Notes: generated by a model from the sequence alone, not told the origin. Counted from the first letter of the stretch, positions 1 to 9,771 are shown. The stretch: 64,000 bases of DNA from an uncultured Oscillospiraceae bacterium (GCA_910577915.1 CAJTOM010000001.1:41110-105109); one strand, 5' to 3'. A program made the numbers and translations.

Positions 1-2344
1 CCCGGTCGATCTCCCGGCGCATGGCGTCGGCGAGCATGGCCCAGTCGTGCTCCACCACATAGGTCTGCACCGGCTGACGGTTGTGGGGGGGCTCCTCCAG
101 GGTGGACATGTCCCGTATGCCGGAGAGGGCCATGTTCAGCGTCCGGGGTATGGGGGTGGCGGTGAGGGTGAGCACATCCACCTGCTTGCTGATCTCCTTG
201 AGCTTCTCCTTGTGGGTCACGCCGAAGCGCTGCTCCTCGTCCACCACCAGCAGGCCCAGGTCCTTGAAACGGATGTCCTTCTGGAGCAGCTTGTGGGTGC
301 CGATGAGCAGATCAATCTTCCCCGTGCCCAGCTCGTAGAGAATCTGCCGGACCTGTCCCGGCGTCTGGAACCGGCTGAGGACCCGGATCTCCAGGGGGAA
401 GCCCCGGAAGCGGTTCACCGCCGTGGCGTAGTGCTGCTGGGCCAGCACCGTGGTGGGCACCAGGATGGCCGCCTGCTTGCCGTCCAGGACGCACTTCATC
501 ACCGCCCGCAGGGCCACCTCGGTCTTGCCGTAGCCCACGTCGCCGCACAGGAGCCGGTCCATGGGCGACGGCTTCTCCATGTCCTTTTTGATCTCGGCGA
601 TGCAGCGCAGCTGGTCGTCGGTCTCCGCATAGTCGAAGGACTCCTCAAATTCCGTCTGCCAGGGGGAATCCGGGGAGAAGGCGAAACCGGGCCGCCGCTG
701 CCGCTCGGCGTACAGGGCGATGAGGCCCTTGGCCAGGTCCTTGGCGGCGGCCTTGGCCCTGGATTTCTGCTTGCTCCAATCGGCGCCGCCCAGCTTGTTG
801 AGCCGGGCGGCGGGACGGCCCTCCTCGTCGGAGGCGCCGCCGCCGATATATTTGCTCACCAGATCCAGGCCGGTGGCGGGAACATAGAGGCTGTCCCCCC
901 CGGCGTAGGCGATCTTGATATAGTCCTTCTCCACCCCGTCCACGGGCATCTTGCGGATGCCCTCGAAGCGGCCGATGCCGTGGTGGGTGTGGACCACCAG
1001 GTCGCCGGGGGTGAGGTCTGTGTAGCTCAGGAGCTTCTGGCGGCTGTCCTTTTTACTCCGCTTGGCCCCCGGCCGGCCGGCGGTGGCGGCGGTGAGCTGG
1101 CCCTCGGTGAGCACCGCCAGGCGCAGCTGGGGGTACTCCGCCCCGGCGGACAGGGCCCCCACGGCGATGCGGACCTCCCCGTCCCCCGGCATGGCCCGGC
1201 ACCGGAAGTCCAGCCCGGCGGCCACGTCCCGCTCCTGGAGCATCCGCTGCAGGTTCCTGGCCCTGGCCTCGCCGCCGCACAGCAGCAGCACCCCGTACCC
1301 CGCCGCCAGATAGTGGGCGATGTCCCCGGCGGCGGTCTCTATGCTGCCGCCGTAGGCGCTCAGCTGCTTGGCGGTGATGGACAGCAGGGTCCGGGGGGAG
1401 AGGGGGTAGCGGGAAGTGGGCAGGGACTCCATCATGCACAGGGCGAAGGAGCCCAGGGCCTCCAGCCACTCCCCCTGGCTGAGGAGCAGGGCCGTCAGGT
1501 CCCCATCCGCCTCCCCGGCGGCCAGGAGGGATTCGGTGTCCTCCCTGGCCTGCCAGAGCACGTTTTTCACCCGCTCCCCCACCCGGCCGCTCTCGCAGAC
1601 GCACAGGAGCGCATCCTGGGGCAGGTAGGCGAAGGCGCTGGAGAGCCCCGCGTCCGGCAGCAGCTCCGCCGCCGGCAGCAGCAGGGCGGCGTCCACGTTC
1701 CGGGTCCGGCGCTGGGTGGCCACGTCGAAGGCGCCCATAGAGTCGATCTCGTCGTCGAAGAACTCGCAGCGCACCGGCTCGTCCATCAGGGGGGAGAATA
1801 CGTCCAGAATCCCCCCCCGCAGGGCGAACTGGCCCACGCCCTCCACCTGCTCCGCGCGGCTGTAGCCCGCGGCCACCAGCCGGCCGGGCAGCGCGCCCAG
1901 GTCGTACCGGCCGCCGGTCTCCAGCTTCACAGCGGCGTCACAGAGGGCCCGGGGCGGGGAGGTCTTCTGGAGAAGGCCCTCGGCGGTGGCCACCGCCACC
2001 CGGCCCCGGCCCTGGGTCAGCTCGTAGAGGGCGGCGATCCGGCTGTGCTCCCACTGGCGGGAGATGACGGTGCCCGCCCGGACAAACAGCTCCCTGGCGA
2101 ACAGGCGCAGGGGCTTTTTCCCCAGCAGGACCTCCAGATCCCCTGCCAGCCGCCCCGCCTCCGTCTCGTCGGCGCAGACCATCACCAGCCCCCGGCCGGA
2201 TTCCGCCGTCAGGGCGGCGGCCAGCTGGGCCCGGTGGACCCCGCCCAGCCCCGTGACGGCGGCGGGACAGCCGCCCCCCTCCACGGCGGCGGCCAGCGCC
2301 CCCGCCTCCGGAATGCGCAGCAAGGTCTGTAAGAGCTGTTCCAT
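1..2344 (-). CDS. mfd: Transcription-repair coupling factor Mfd, N-terminal ~781 codons; the C-terminal part lies left of the window
   Basis: Open reverse-strand frame, missing from the ORF track because it has no stop in the window. ATG at 2344 is preceded by GGAGGGA. My translation begins MEQLLQTLLRIPEAG and contains CarD-like HHGIGRFEGI, Walker A GDVGYGKTEVA, DEEQRFGV and TATPIPRTL. The + ORF 47..2332 is its antisense shadow. Confidence 0.9.
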   Translation of the reverse strand, partial: MEQLLQTLLRIPEAGALAAAVEGGGCPAAVTGLGGVHRAQLAAALTAESGRGLVMVCADETEAGRLAGDLEVLLGKKPLRLFARELFVRAGTVISRQWEHSRIAALYELTQGRGRVAVATAEGLLQKTSPPRALCDAAVKLETGGRYDLGALPGRLVAAGYSRAEQVEGVGQFALRGGILDVFSPLMDEPVRCEFFDDEIDSMGAFDVATQRRTRNVDAALLLPAAELLPDAGLSSAFAYLPQDALLCVCESGRVGERVKNVLWQAREDTESLLAAGEADGDLTALLLSQGEWLEALGSFALCMMESLPTSRYPLSPRTLLSITAKQLSAYGGSIETAAGDIAHYLAAGYGVLLLCGGEARARNLQRMLQERDVAAGLDFRCRAMPGDGEVRIAVGALSAGAEYPQLRLAVLTEGQLTAATAGRPGAKRSKKDSRQKLLSYTDLTPGDLVVHTHHGIGRFEGIRKMPVDGVEKDYIKIAYAGGDSLYVPATGLDLVSKYIGGGASDEEGRPAARLNKLGGADWSKQKSRAKAAAKDLAKGLIALYAERQRRPGFAFSPDSPWQTEFEESFDYAETDDQLRCIAEIKKDMEKPSPMDRLLCGDVGYGKTEVALRAVMKCVLDGKQAAILVPTTVLAQQHYATAVNRFRGFPLEIRVLSRFQTPGQVRQILYELGTGKIDLLIGTHKLLQKDIRFKDLGLLVVDEEQRFGVTHKEKLKEISKQVDVLTLTATPIPRTLNMALSGIRDMSTLEEPPHNRQPVQTYVVEHDWAMLADAMRREIDR

Positions 2345-2669
2345 GTTGGTTCCCTCCTCTGCCAGAAAGCCTGAAAATCTGCACGCAGGAAAAGGCCCAC
2401 GCAGGTACCCCCAGGGGTGCGTGTGCCGTGCGGCGGTTCGTATATCCGTGATGGTAGCGGTTTTTGCTCCGCTTGTCAAGGGGAATTTGCGGGGGAGCGT
2501 CCGCTGCGGGCAGAGCGGCGGCGGCATTACTTACCACAAAAGCGGATTGACAGCCCGGCGGAAAGTCCTGTTGGCGAAAGTTCCGTTTTTTTCTAGCCGC
2601 TTTCGAAAATCCATGGTAAACTACGTATAAGCGGGCCTTCTATCTTCCTGTGATTGGAGACTGATTGCC

Positions 2670-3527
2670 ATGAAAGAGCGTTCAAAGGCGGGGGCCCCCG
2701 CGGTATATGAACCTTTTCAGAGCGGATACCATCATGCGGGCTCCGCTTATACGGCAATGCCTCTGAGCGGGGACTGCCGGCTGGGCAAGTATATCAGCGA
2801 GTTTTTTGAGGTGCAGCGCTCCAGGGACGACCGGGTGCTCCACATCATCCCGGACGGCTGCAACGATCTGATCATCGCCTTCGACGGGGACAGGGTCCTC
2901 AGCCACATCTCCCCCTCCATTTCGGAGCCCTACCAGTTCAACTTCCAGAGGATGGAGTGGATCTTCGGGGTGCGGTTTCTGCCGGGGGCCACGTACACGT
3001 TCTTTCGGGACATTCTGAAATACGACTCCGTCAAGGCGGTGGAGGCGGAGCTGGTGCTCTCCAACATCGCCAGCATTGAGGCCCCCCTCTGCGAGTCCAT
3101 GTCCTTTGCCAAACGCTTCGAGATCGTCACCGCCTATCTGGAGGGAAAGGTGGGGGACTACGACGGCACGGAGCGGCTGCTCAACTACTGCGTGAACCGG
3201 ATTTTGGCCAGCGACGGCGGGGTGGCCGTGGAGAGCCTGGCCCAGGACACCGGCTACAGCAGCCGTTATCTCCGCCAGCTCTTCACCCAGTACGTGGGCC
3301 ACTCCCCCAAGTCCCTGGCCAGTATTGTCCGGGTGCAGAAGGCCCTGCGCTACCTGGAGGAGCACCCGGACGAGCCGCTCAGTCAGACGGCCCTGCAGTT
3401 CGGCTTCTCGGACCAATCCCACATGAACCGGGAGTTCAAGCGCTACCTGCATCTGACCTCCGGCGCCGTAAAGGAGGATCAAAACTGGCTGCTCCGCCTG
3501 CAGACGGACAGTACGCGGTCATTTTAA
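2670..3527 (+). CDS. AraC/XylS-family transcriptional regulator
   Basis: 285-aa ORF with a C-terminal double-HTH signature (SSRYLRQLFTQYVGHSPKSLASIVRVQKALRYL ... FGFSDQSHMNREFKRYL). ATG has TGGAGA upstream. Confidence 0.8.
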   Translation: MKERSKAGAPAVYEPFQSGYHHAGSAYTAMPLSGDCRLGKYISEFFEVQRSRDDRVLHIIPDGCNDLIIAFDGDRVLSHISPSISEPYQFNFQRMEWIFGVRFLPGATYTFFRDILKYDSVKAVEAELVLSNIASIEAPLCESMSFAKRFEIVTAYLEGKVGDYDGTERLLNYCVNRILASDGGVAVESLAQDTGYSSRYLRQLFTQYVGHSPKSLASIVRVQKALRYLEEHPDEPLSQTALQFGFSDQSHMNREFKRYLHLTSGAVKEDQNWLLRLQTDSTRSF

Positions 3528-3544
3528 CAGGCAAGTTTGATAAA

Positions 3545-3572
3545 ACGGAGGGCGGAAGCGCCTTCCGTTTTG
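3545..3572 (+). terminator. Intrinsic terminator after the AraC gene
   Basis: 10-bp stem ACGGAGGGCG / CGCCTTCCGT (one G-U) with a GAAG loop, followed by TTTTGTT, 18 nt after the stop. Confidence 0.7.
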
Positions 3573-3626
3573 TTCTATTCATATAAAACAATGGGTTGGT
3601 AGGATAGTTCCAGGAGGTGACCGAAC

Positions 3627-4523
3627 ATGTATCTCAACAAACAAAACGCGGTTCCCGTTATGGACAAGAAGAATGCCCCCGCCGCCCACTGCGCGTCTGG
3701 CGACTGCATCACGTTCCAGACCAAGGATTGCTTCGGGGAGCACATTCGCGCGGACGCCGATCCCGTTCGCACGGTCCCTGACGGGGAGCACAACCTGGCG
3801 ACCGGACCGCTCTATGTGGACGGCGCAGAGCCCGGCGATCTGCTCAAAGTCGACATCCAGAGGATCGCCATTGATGACCAGGGCTGTCAGGCCCTGCTGC
3901 CGGGGACGGGGCCATTGGGCCACCACGTCCAAGAGGAGTACGCCAAAGTCTTCCCCATACGGGAGGGCTGCGTGGTGTTTAGCGACCAGCTCCGCATCCC
4001 CGTGTCCCCCATGATCGGCGTCATCGGCACCGCGCCCGCCGGGGAAGGCGTGGCGACCGTCACGCCGGGCGAGCACGGCTCCAACATGGACAACCGGAAG
4101 ATCCAGGAGGGCGCCACCCTGTATCTGCCGGTGAATGTCCCCGGCGGACTGCTGGCCATGGGCGACCTGCACGCGGTGATGGGCGACGGCGAGGCCTCCA
4201 CCTGCGGGCTGGAGGTCAGCGGCGAGATCACCGTGAGGGTGACCGTCATCAAGGACTCCGGGCTGCCGGTCCCCTTTTTGAAGACGGCGGACGAGTATAT
4301 GACCATCGCCTCCGGCGAGACGCTGGACCAGGCGGCCAGGGGGGCCTGCGAGAAGATGTACGCCTTTCTGGAGCAGGCCTCGGAGCTGGACGCCTGCGGG
4401 CGCATCACTCTTCTCTCCCTGGTGGGCCATATGGAGATCTGCCAGATTGTCAACCCCCTGGCCACCGCGCGCATGACCATACCGGCGTGGGTAGCGGAGA
4501 CCTGCGGCTGCAGGCTGCCATAA
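3627..4523 (+). CDS. Acetamidase/formamidase (FmdA/AmdA) family amidase
   Basis: 298 aa. Family-typical blocks GPLYVDGAEPGDLLKVDI and NMDNRKIQEGATLYLPVNVPGGLLAMGDLHAVMGDGE. RBS CAGGAGGTGA. Confidence 0.8.
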   Translation: MYLNKQNAVPVMDKKNAPAAHCASGDCITFQTKDCFGEHIRADADPVRTVPDGEHNLATGPLYVDGAEPGDLLKVDIQRIAIDDQGCQALLPGTGPLGHHVQEEYAKVFPIREGCVVFSDQLRIPVSPMIGVIGTAPAGEGVATVTPGEHGSNMDNRKIQEGATLYLPVNVPGGLLAMGDLHAVMGDGEASTCGLEVSGEITVRVTVIKDSGLPVPFLKTADEYMTIASGETLDQAARGACEKMYAFLEQASELDACGRITLLSLVGHMEICQIVNPLATARMTIPAWVAETCGCRLP

Positions 4524-4559
4524 CCGCCGCCCACATCTTACGATTTTAGGAGGAGCAAA

Positions 4560-5930
4560 ATGGAACAGCAGAAACTGAAAAGAAATCTGAGCTTCCTATC
4601 CATGGTTGCGCTGGCCTCCGGGGCCGTTATCGGCGGCTGGCTGGCCGAGGCGCCCTACTGGTTTGAGCTGACCGGGGCGGGCGCTGTCATCATCTTCCCC
4701 GTCCTGGCGGTCTGCCTGATCCCCATCGGCCTGACGTACAGCGAGCTGTCCGCCATGCTGCCCTTCGCGTCGTCCATTACCGTCTGGACGGACAACGCCA
4801 TCGGCCACAAGTCCGCCTGGTTCACCCAGTGGGGCATGCTGCTGGTGCAGCTGGTGCAGTCCCCCGGCATGGCGTTCATCCTGGTGACGGCCCTGCAGTA
4901 CTTCTTCCCCTTCCCGGACGTGTATTCCAAGTACATCGCCATGGGCATCATGGTCCTGTGGTACATCCTCTCCAACTTCAACATCTCCCTGACGGGCGCG
5001 CTGTCCACCATCTTCTTTTTCGCCATGATTATCATCTCCCTGATCGTCTCCGGCAGCTTCTTCACCAGCGGCCAGTGGAGCATGGACAACATCACCCAGA
5101 ACGGCGGCTGGTTCCCCATGGGGCTCAGCGGCGCGGTGATGGCCTCCGCAGTGTTCGTGCTGAAGTTCATTGGCTTTGAGATGACCCCCACTCTGATCGA
5201 GGAGACCAACTTTCCCGTCAAGCAGATCTGGAAGGTGGTGTTCAGCGCCCTGTTCTTCCCGGCGCTGCTGTATATGATCGTGGTGTTCGCCATGAGCGGC
5301 ATGGCCCCCTGGCAGGAGATTGCGGGCATGAATATGCCGGAGCCGGAGCTGGTCAGCCGGTTCGGCATGCTGAAACTGCTGGGCGGCGCCGCCATCTTCT
5401 CCGGAATTCTCCACGCCGTCACCACCATTATGGGCTTCTGGTCCTCCTCCTCCCGTGTGCTCTACGGCGGGGCGAAGATGAACTACTTCCCTCCAGCCCT
5501 GATGAGGCTCAACAGGAGCGGACAGCCCTACATCAGCAACATTATCGTCCTCTTCGCCTCCCTGTTCTTCGCGGCCTTCACGGGTATGGGCAACTGGGTG
5601 CAGTACCTGTACAGCGTCTCCTGCGCCGTGGCCGGGGTGCTCTACTTCCTGGCCTGTCTGGACGCCTATTTGCTCAGAAAAAAGCATCCGGACTGGGAGC
5701 GGCCCTTCAAGGTCAAATGCGGCCCCGCCGTGTTCATCCTGGGCATGGTGGTGTCCGTGTGGATCATCATCGGCTCCTGCATGGCCCTGCCTATCGGCGG
5801 CTATGTGTCCATCGCCATCTTCATGCTGCTGGGCGTGGGCTTCTACGCGGGTATCCAGTCCTACCGCAGGAAGAACCCCGGCGCCTTCGAGCCCATCCAG
5901 CTCACCCCCGCAGACGCGGACAGGCAGTAA
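4560..5930 (+). CDS. APC-superfamily amino acid/amine permease
   Basis: 456 aa with about 12 hydrophobic spans and APC-like composition. RBS GGAGGAGCAAA. Probably co-transcribed with the amidase. Confidence 0.75.
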   Translation: MEQQKLKRNLSFLSMVALASGAVIGGWLAEAPYWFELTGAGAVIIFPVLAVCLIPIGLTYSELSAMLPFASSITVWTDNAIGHKSAWFTQWGMLLVQLVQSPGMAFILVTALQYFFPFPDVYSKYIAMGIMVLWYILSNFNISLTGALSTIFFFAMIIISLIVSGSFFTSGQWSMDNITQNGGWFPMGLSGAVMASAVFVLKFIGFEMTPTLIEETNFPVKQIWKVVFSALFFPALLYMIVVFAMSGMAPWQEIAGMNMPEPELVSRFGMLKLLGGAAIFSGILHAVTTIMGFWSSSSRVLYGGAKMNYFPPALMRLNRSGQPYISNIIVLFASLFFAAFTGMGNWVQYLYSVSCAVAGVLYFLACLDAYLLRKKHPDWERPFKVKCGPAVFILGMVVSVWIIIGSCMALPIGGYVSIAIFMLLGVGFYAGIQSYRRKNPGAFEPIQLTPADADRQ

Positions 5931-5944
5931 TTGCCGCCCCCCGC

Positions 5945-5988
5945 GCAGAAAGCCCGCCCGGACAACTCTGTCCGGGCGGGCTTTCTGC
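5945..5988. terminator. Bidirectional intrinsic terminator
   Basis: Perfect 20-bp inverted repeat GCAGAAAGCCCGCCCGGACA / TGTCCGGGCGGGCTTTCTGC with a 4-nt loop, between the convergent permease and carbamate kinase genes. Confidence 0.8.
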
Positions 5989-6005
5989 TTCGCACGCAGC
6001 GCCGG

Positions 6006-6947
6006 TTACTGACGGATGACGGTGCCGGTCCGGCCGGCGATGCCGTCTCGGGCCTTCTCCAGCAAGGTGATGAGGGACGCCCGGCCGGGCTTGGATTGGG
6101 CGAACTTCACCGCCGCCTCCACCTTGGGCAGCATGGAACCAGGGGCGAACTGGCCCTCGGCGGCGTAGCCCAGGGCCTCCTCCGGGGTCATGGCGTCCAA
6201 CCAGCGCTCGTTCTCCTTGCGGAAGTTCACCGCCACCTTCTCCACGGCGGTGAGGATGATGAGCATGTCCGCGTCCAGCTGCTCGGCCAGCAGCTCAGAG
6301 GCGAAATCCTTGTCGATCACCGCCGCCGCGCCCTTGAGGTGGTTCTTCTCCGTGCGGTAGACCGGGATCCCGCCGCCGCCGCAGCAGATGACCAGATGGC
6401 CGTCCTCGGTGAGGGCCCGGATGGCCCCGGCCTCGATGATGTGCTTGGGCTTGGGAGAGGCCACGTAGCGCCGCCAGCCCCGGCCCGCGTCCTCCCGGAC
6501 CGGGTTGCCGGTGGAGGCGCTGTAGGCGCGGGCCTCCTCCTCGGTCATAAACTTGCCGATGGGCTTGGTGGGGTTGTCGAAGGCGGGGTCCTCCGGGTCC
6601 ACCTCCACCTGGGTGACGACGGAGCACACGGGCATGTTGCCGATACCCCGGTCCAGCAGCTCCTCCCGGAAGGCGTTCTGGAGGTCGTAGCCGATATAGG
6701 CCTGGCTCATGGCCCCGCACACGGACAGAGGGGTATAGCCCTGGGAGGGGTCCTCCTTCTGGAGGGCGCTCATGGCGTTGTTGATGATGCCCACCTGGGG
6801 GCCGTTGCCGTGGGCTACCACCACCTGGTTGCCGTCCTCGATGAGATCCACGATGGCCCGGGCGGTGATCTTCACCGCCGCCGCCTGCTCCGGGAGGGTG
6901 CTGCCCAGGGCGTTGCCGCCCAGGGCGATGACAATGCGTTTGCTCAT
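6006..6947 (-). CDS. arcC: Carbamate kinase (E. coli YqeA/ArcC type)
   Basis: MSKRIVIALGGNALG, VVVAHGNGPQVG and GGGGIPV blocks. ATG at 6947 (GGAG upstream) is preferred over the track's TTG at 6956. Confidence 0.88.
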   Translation of the reverse strand: MSKRIVIALGGNALGSTLPEQAAAVKITARAIVDLIEDGNQVVVAHGNGPQVGIINNAMSALQKEDPSQGYTPLSVCGAMSQAYIGYDLQNAFREELLDRGIGNMPVCSVVTQVEVDPEDPAFDNPTKPIGKFMTEEEARAYSASTGNPVREDAGRGWRRYVASPKPKHIIEAGAIRALTEDGHLVICCGGGGIPVYRTEKNHLKGAAAVIDKDFASELLAEQLDADMLIILTAVEKVAVNFRKENERWLDAMTPEEALGYAAEGQFAPGSMLPKVEAAVKFAQSKPGRASLITLLEKARDGIAGRTGTVIRQ

Positions 6948-6981
6948 AGTTCTCAATTCTCCATCTTCCTATATTCCGGGG

Positions 6982-7013
6982 AAAACCATACGCCCCCTGG
7001 AAGGAGACGTATG
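6982..7013 (-). terminator. Intercistronic hairpin plus U-run between ygeW and arcC (possible partial terminator/attenuator)
   Basis: On the minus-strand RNA, CAUACGUCUCC / GGGGGCGUAUG pairs over 11 bp with two G-U pairs. These are mismatches on the + strand, so the structure is strand-specific. It is followed by GUUUUCCCC. Confidence 0.35.
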
Positions 7014-7043
7014 TACACAGGGGCCGGGGGCTGCGCCCGCCGC

Positions 7044-8237
7044 TCAGAAGGCCTTGCGCTTCTCCCCCCGCTTCTCCAGATCCCGCAGGGCGGCCACGGG
7101 GTCCTTGACCTTGCTGAGGAAGATCATGGCGGCGATGATATAGGGCTTGAAGGAGGCCTCCTTGTACAGGGGCTCGATGTAGCGATCGAAGACGGAGTTG
7201 TCCACCTCACCCTCCTGGCAGCTCAGCCCGGAGATGTCGGCAGGGAGGCAGTGCATATAGAGGGCCTTGCCGTCCCGGGTCAGCTGGATCATCTCCTCGG
7301 TGCAGGACCAGTCCTTATGCTGGGCGTTCTGGGCCAGCAGCTCCTTCTCCAGCTCGTCGATGCCGGCCTTGTCGCCCTGGCGGTAGAGGGCGGTGCGCTT
7401 CTCCATGGCCTTGAAGGGAGCCCAGGACTTGGGGTAGACAATGTCCGCGTCCTTGAAGGCCTCCTCCATGGAGTTGACCTTCTTGAAGGAGCCGCCGGAG
7501 GCCGCGGCGTTTTTGGCGGCGATCTCCTCCACCTCGGGGAGGATCTCGTAGCCCTCGGGGTGGGCCAGGACCACGTCCATGCCGAAACGGGTGAACAGGC
7601 CGATGATGCCCTGGGGGACGCTCAGAGGCTTGCCGTAGCTGGGGGAGTAGGCCCAGGTCATGGCCACCTTCTTGCCCTTGAGGTTCTCCACGCCGCCCAT
7701 CTCGTGGATGACGTGGAGCAGGTCGGCCATGGACTGGGTGGGGTGGTCCACGTCGCACTGGAGGTTCACCAGGGTGGGGCGCTGCTCCAGGATGCCCTTC
7801 TCATAGCCCTCGTCCAGAGCGCCCATGAAGGTCTGCTGGTACTTGTGGCCCTCCTCGATGAACATGTCGTCCCGGATGCCGATGACGTCGGCCATGAAGG
7901 AGACCATGTTGGCGGTCTCCCGGACGGTCTCGCCGTGGGCGATCTGGCTGGTCTTCTCGTCCAGGTCCTTCACGTCCAGCCCCAGCAGGTTGCAGGCGCT
8001 GGCGAAGGAGAAGCGGGTGCGGGTGGAGTTGTCCCGGAAGATGGAGATGCCCAGGCCGGAGTCAAAGACCTTGGTGGAGATGTTCCGCTCCCGCAGGTCC
8101 CGCAGGGCGTCGGCCACGGTGAAGATGGCGTCCAGCTCGTCGTCCGTCTTGTCCCAGGTCCAGTAGAAGTCGTTTTTATACATGCCGTTGATCTTCAGCT
8201 TTTCAAGGTGCTGGGCCAGCTGCTCGGTTTTACTCAT
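7044..8237 (-). CDS. ygeW: Knotted carbamoyltransferase YgeW
   Basis: Near-colinear with the E. coli YgeW sequence as I recall it (STKVFDSGLGISIFRDNSTRTRFSFASA, SQIAHGETVRETANM, VNLQCDVDHPTQSMADL, MTWAYSPSYGKPLSVPQGIIGL, HKDWSCTEEM, ALYMHCLPADISG). ATG at 8237 has AAGGAG 10 nt upstream; the track start at 8246 is too close to the RBS. Confidence 0.92.
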   Translation of the reverse strand: MSKTEQLAQHLEKLKINGMYKNDFYWTWDKTDDELDAIFTVADALRDLRERNISTKVFDSGLGISIFRDNSTRTRFSFASACNLLGLDVKDLDEKTSQIAHGETVRETANMVSFMADVIGIRDDMFIEEGHKYQQTFMGALDEGYEKGILEQRPTLVNLQCDVDHPTQSMADLLHVIHEMGGVENLKGKKVAMTWAYSPSYGKPLSVPQGIIGLFTRFGMDVVLAHPEGYEILPEVEEIAAKNAAASGGSFKKVNSMEEAFKDADIVYPKSWAPFKAMEKRTALYRQGDKAGIDELEKELLAQNAQHKDWSCTEEMIQLTRDGKALYMHCLPADISGLSCQEGEVDNSVFDRYIEPLYKEASFKPYIIAAMIFLSKVKDPVAALRDLEKRGEKRKAF

Positions 8238-8301
8238 CGGTATCATTCTCCTTAATCGGTAGATTTATTCTCTGCCGCCGGCCGGGCGGCGGGGCGGGAA
8301 T

Positions 8302-9669
8302 TTACTTGATGTCGTTGTTGGTCTTGCCGCCCCGGTAGACGCACACATCCTCGTCGCCCTTCCCCTTGTAGAGCCCCACGCAGGCGGCGTACACGGCGGC
8401 GCAGGTCACCAGATCCTGCTTCCAGGTGATCTCGTTGGGGGCGTGGGCCTGGCTCTCCGCGCCGGGGCCGAAGCCCACGCAGGGGATGCCGTAGCGGCCC
8501 TGGATGGACACGCCGTTGGTGGAGAAGGTCCACTTGTCGATGAGGGGCCGGTCCCGCAGGGCCATGGCGCCGGGGTGGCCGACGCGCTTCTCCCCGAAGA
8601 GGGCCCTGTGGGCCTCCGCCAGGGCCTGGACGTGGGGGGCGCTCTCCTTGTTGATCCAGGTGGGGAAGTAGCACTCGGTCTCGTACTTCAGGCCCGTCCA
8701 GGCGGGGCGGTCGTACATGTACATGCTGACCTTCACGTCCTGACCGTACTTCTGCACGCTGGGCAGGGCGCGGATCTCGTCCAGGCAGCTGTCCCAGGTC
8801 TCGCCGGCGGTCATGCGCCGGTCGATGGACACCGCGCAGCTGTCCGCCACGGCGCAGCGGCTGGGGGAGGTATAGAAGATCTGGCTCACCGTGCAGGTGC
8901 CCCGGCCCAGGAAGCGGGCGTCCTCGTAGTGCTCCGGGTTGAACTGGGGGTTGAGCATCTTCACCAGGCCCTTGATCTCGGTGGTCTCGGCGTCGTCATT
9001 CTCGTTGAGGGCGCGGATCTCCTGGACGATGTCCGCCATCTTGTAAATGGCGTTGTCCCCCCGCTCGGGGGCGCTGCCGTGGCAGGAGACGCCCTTCACG
9101 TCCACCCGGATCTCCATGCGGCCCCGGTGGCCCCGGTAGATGCCGCCGTCGGTGGGCTCGGTGGACACCACGAACTCCGGGGTGATGCCGTCCTCGTTGT
9201 GGATGTACTGCCAGCACAGGCCGTCGCAGTCCTCCTCCTGGACCGTGGCGGTGACCAGAATTTTGTACCCCTCGGGGATGAGGCCCAGATCCTTCATAAT
9301 CTTCGCCCCGTACACGGCGGACACCACGCCTCCCTCCTGGTCGGAGCCGCCCCGGCCGTAGATCACGTCCTCGGTCTCGTAGCCCTTGTAGGGGTCCTGC
9401 TCCCAGTTGTCGATGTTGCCGATGCCCACGGTGTCGATGTGGCCGTCGAAGGCGATGATCTTCTCACCGTCGCCCATCCAGCCCAGGGCGTTGCCCTCGG
9501 GATCGATCTCCGCCCGGTCAAAGCCCAGGCGCTCCATCTCCAGAATGGTCCGCTTGATGACGCCCTCCTCCTCGCAGCTCTCGCTGGGGATGGCAATGAG
9601 ATCCCGCAGGAATTTGGTCATGTCCGCCTCATAGCCCTGGGCGGCCTTTTTGATCGCCTCAAAATCCAT
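8302..9669 (-). CDS. ygeY: YgeY-family M20 hydrolase (the 'selenium metabolism-linked' hydrolase family)
   Basis: From the internal ATG at 9669 (GGAGGG upstream): [106 protein letters not shown]. These closely parallel E. coli YgeY. The 66 upstream codons in the track overlap the promoter region. Confidence 0.9.
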   Translation of the reverse strand: MDFEAIKKAAQGYEADMTKFLRDLIAIPSESCEEEGVIKRTILEMERLGFDRAEIDPEGNALGWMGDGEKIIAFDGHIDTVGIGNIDNWEQDPYKGYETEDVIYGRGGSDQEGGVVSAVYGAKIMKDLGLIPEGYKILVTATVQEEDCDGLCWQYIHNEDGITPEFVVSTEPTDGGIYRGHRGRMEIRVDVKGVSCHGSAPERGDNAIYKMADIVQEIRALNENDDAETTEIKGLVKMLNPQFNPEHYEDARFLGRGTCTVSQIFYTSPSRCAVADSCAVSIDRRMTAGETWDSCLDEIRALPSVQKYGQDVKVSMYMYDRPAWTGLKYETECYFPTWINKESAPHVQALAEAHRALFGEKRVGHPGAMALRDRPLIDKWTFSTNGVSIQGRYGIPCVGFGPGAESQAHAPNEITWKQDLVTCAAVYAACVGLYKGKGDEDVCVYRGGKTNNDIK

Positions 9670-9739
9670 GGTGTGACCCTCCGTCGTCAATTGATTTCTA
9701 TTCCTTTTCCGGCGCGCGCCGCGCCCGTGTTCTGCCTCT

Positions 9740-9767
9740 ATCATATCATAGAAAACGCCGTTGTCAA
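9740..9767 (-). promoter_or_regulatory. Sigma-A-type promoter of the ygeY-ygeW-arcC operon
   Basis: Minus strand reads TTGACA - 16 nt - TATGAT, about 70 nt upstream of the ygeY ATG, with an A/T tract upstream. Confidence 0.55.
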
Positions 9768-9771
9768 ACAA
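9761..9771. promoter_or_regulatory. Candidate GntR/FadR-type operator
   Basis: TTGTCAAACAA fits TnGTnnnACnA exactly. It overlaps the -35 of the ygeY promoter and lies in the divergent region shared with the GntR(FCD) gene. Confidence 0.35.

Noticed and set aside
47-2332. 761-aa + strand ORF covering most of the first 2.3 kb
   Set aside because: Its composition (Gly/Arg/Pro/Leu/His-rich, no recognisable motifs) is the typical antisense shadow of a GC-rich gene. The opposite strand encodes a clean Mfd sequence.
2345-2669. 325-bp mfd/AraC intergenic region with a T7 run (about 2592-2598) and small hairpins, considered as an sRNA or terminator
   Set aside because: The hairpins have only 5-6 bp stems with long loops. 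There is no convincing promoter (a TTGACA without a -10). No + strand gene lies upstream that would need a terminator. Evidence is insufficient.
5931-8255. 774-aa + strand ORF. Similar long shadows lie at 8443..10101 (+), 10711..13269 (-), 14258..15760 (-), 16103..17251 (-), 21898..23481 (-), 23780..25624 (-), 31333..33717 (-), 35938..37512 (-), 51698..54442 (+) and 55941..58688 (-).
   Set aside because: All lie antisense to genes with unmistakable family motifs (arcC/ygeW, ygeY, the M20 hydrolase and symporter, dnaK, dnaJ, V-ATPase subunits, clpB, nrdD). All have low-complexity G/A/R/P/L/H/V composition and lack RBS support. They are artefacts of high GC with few stop codons.
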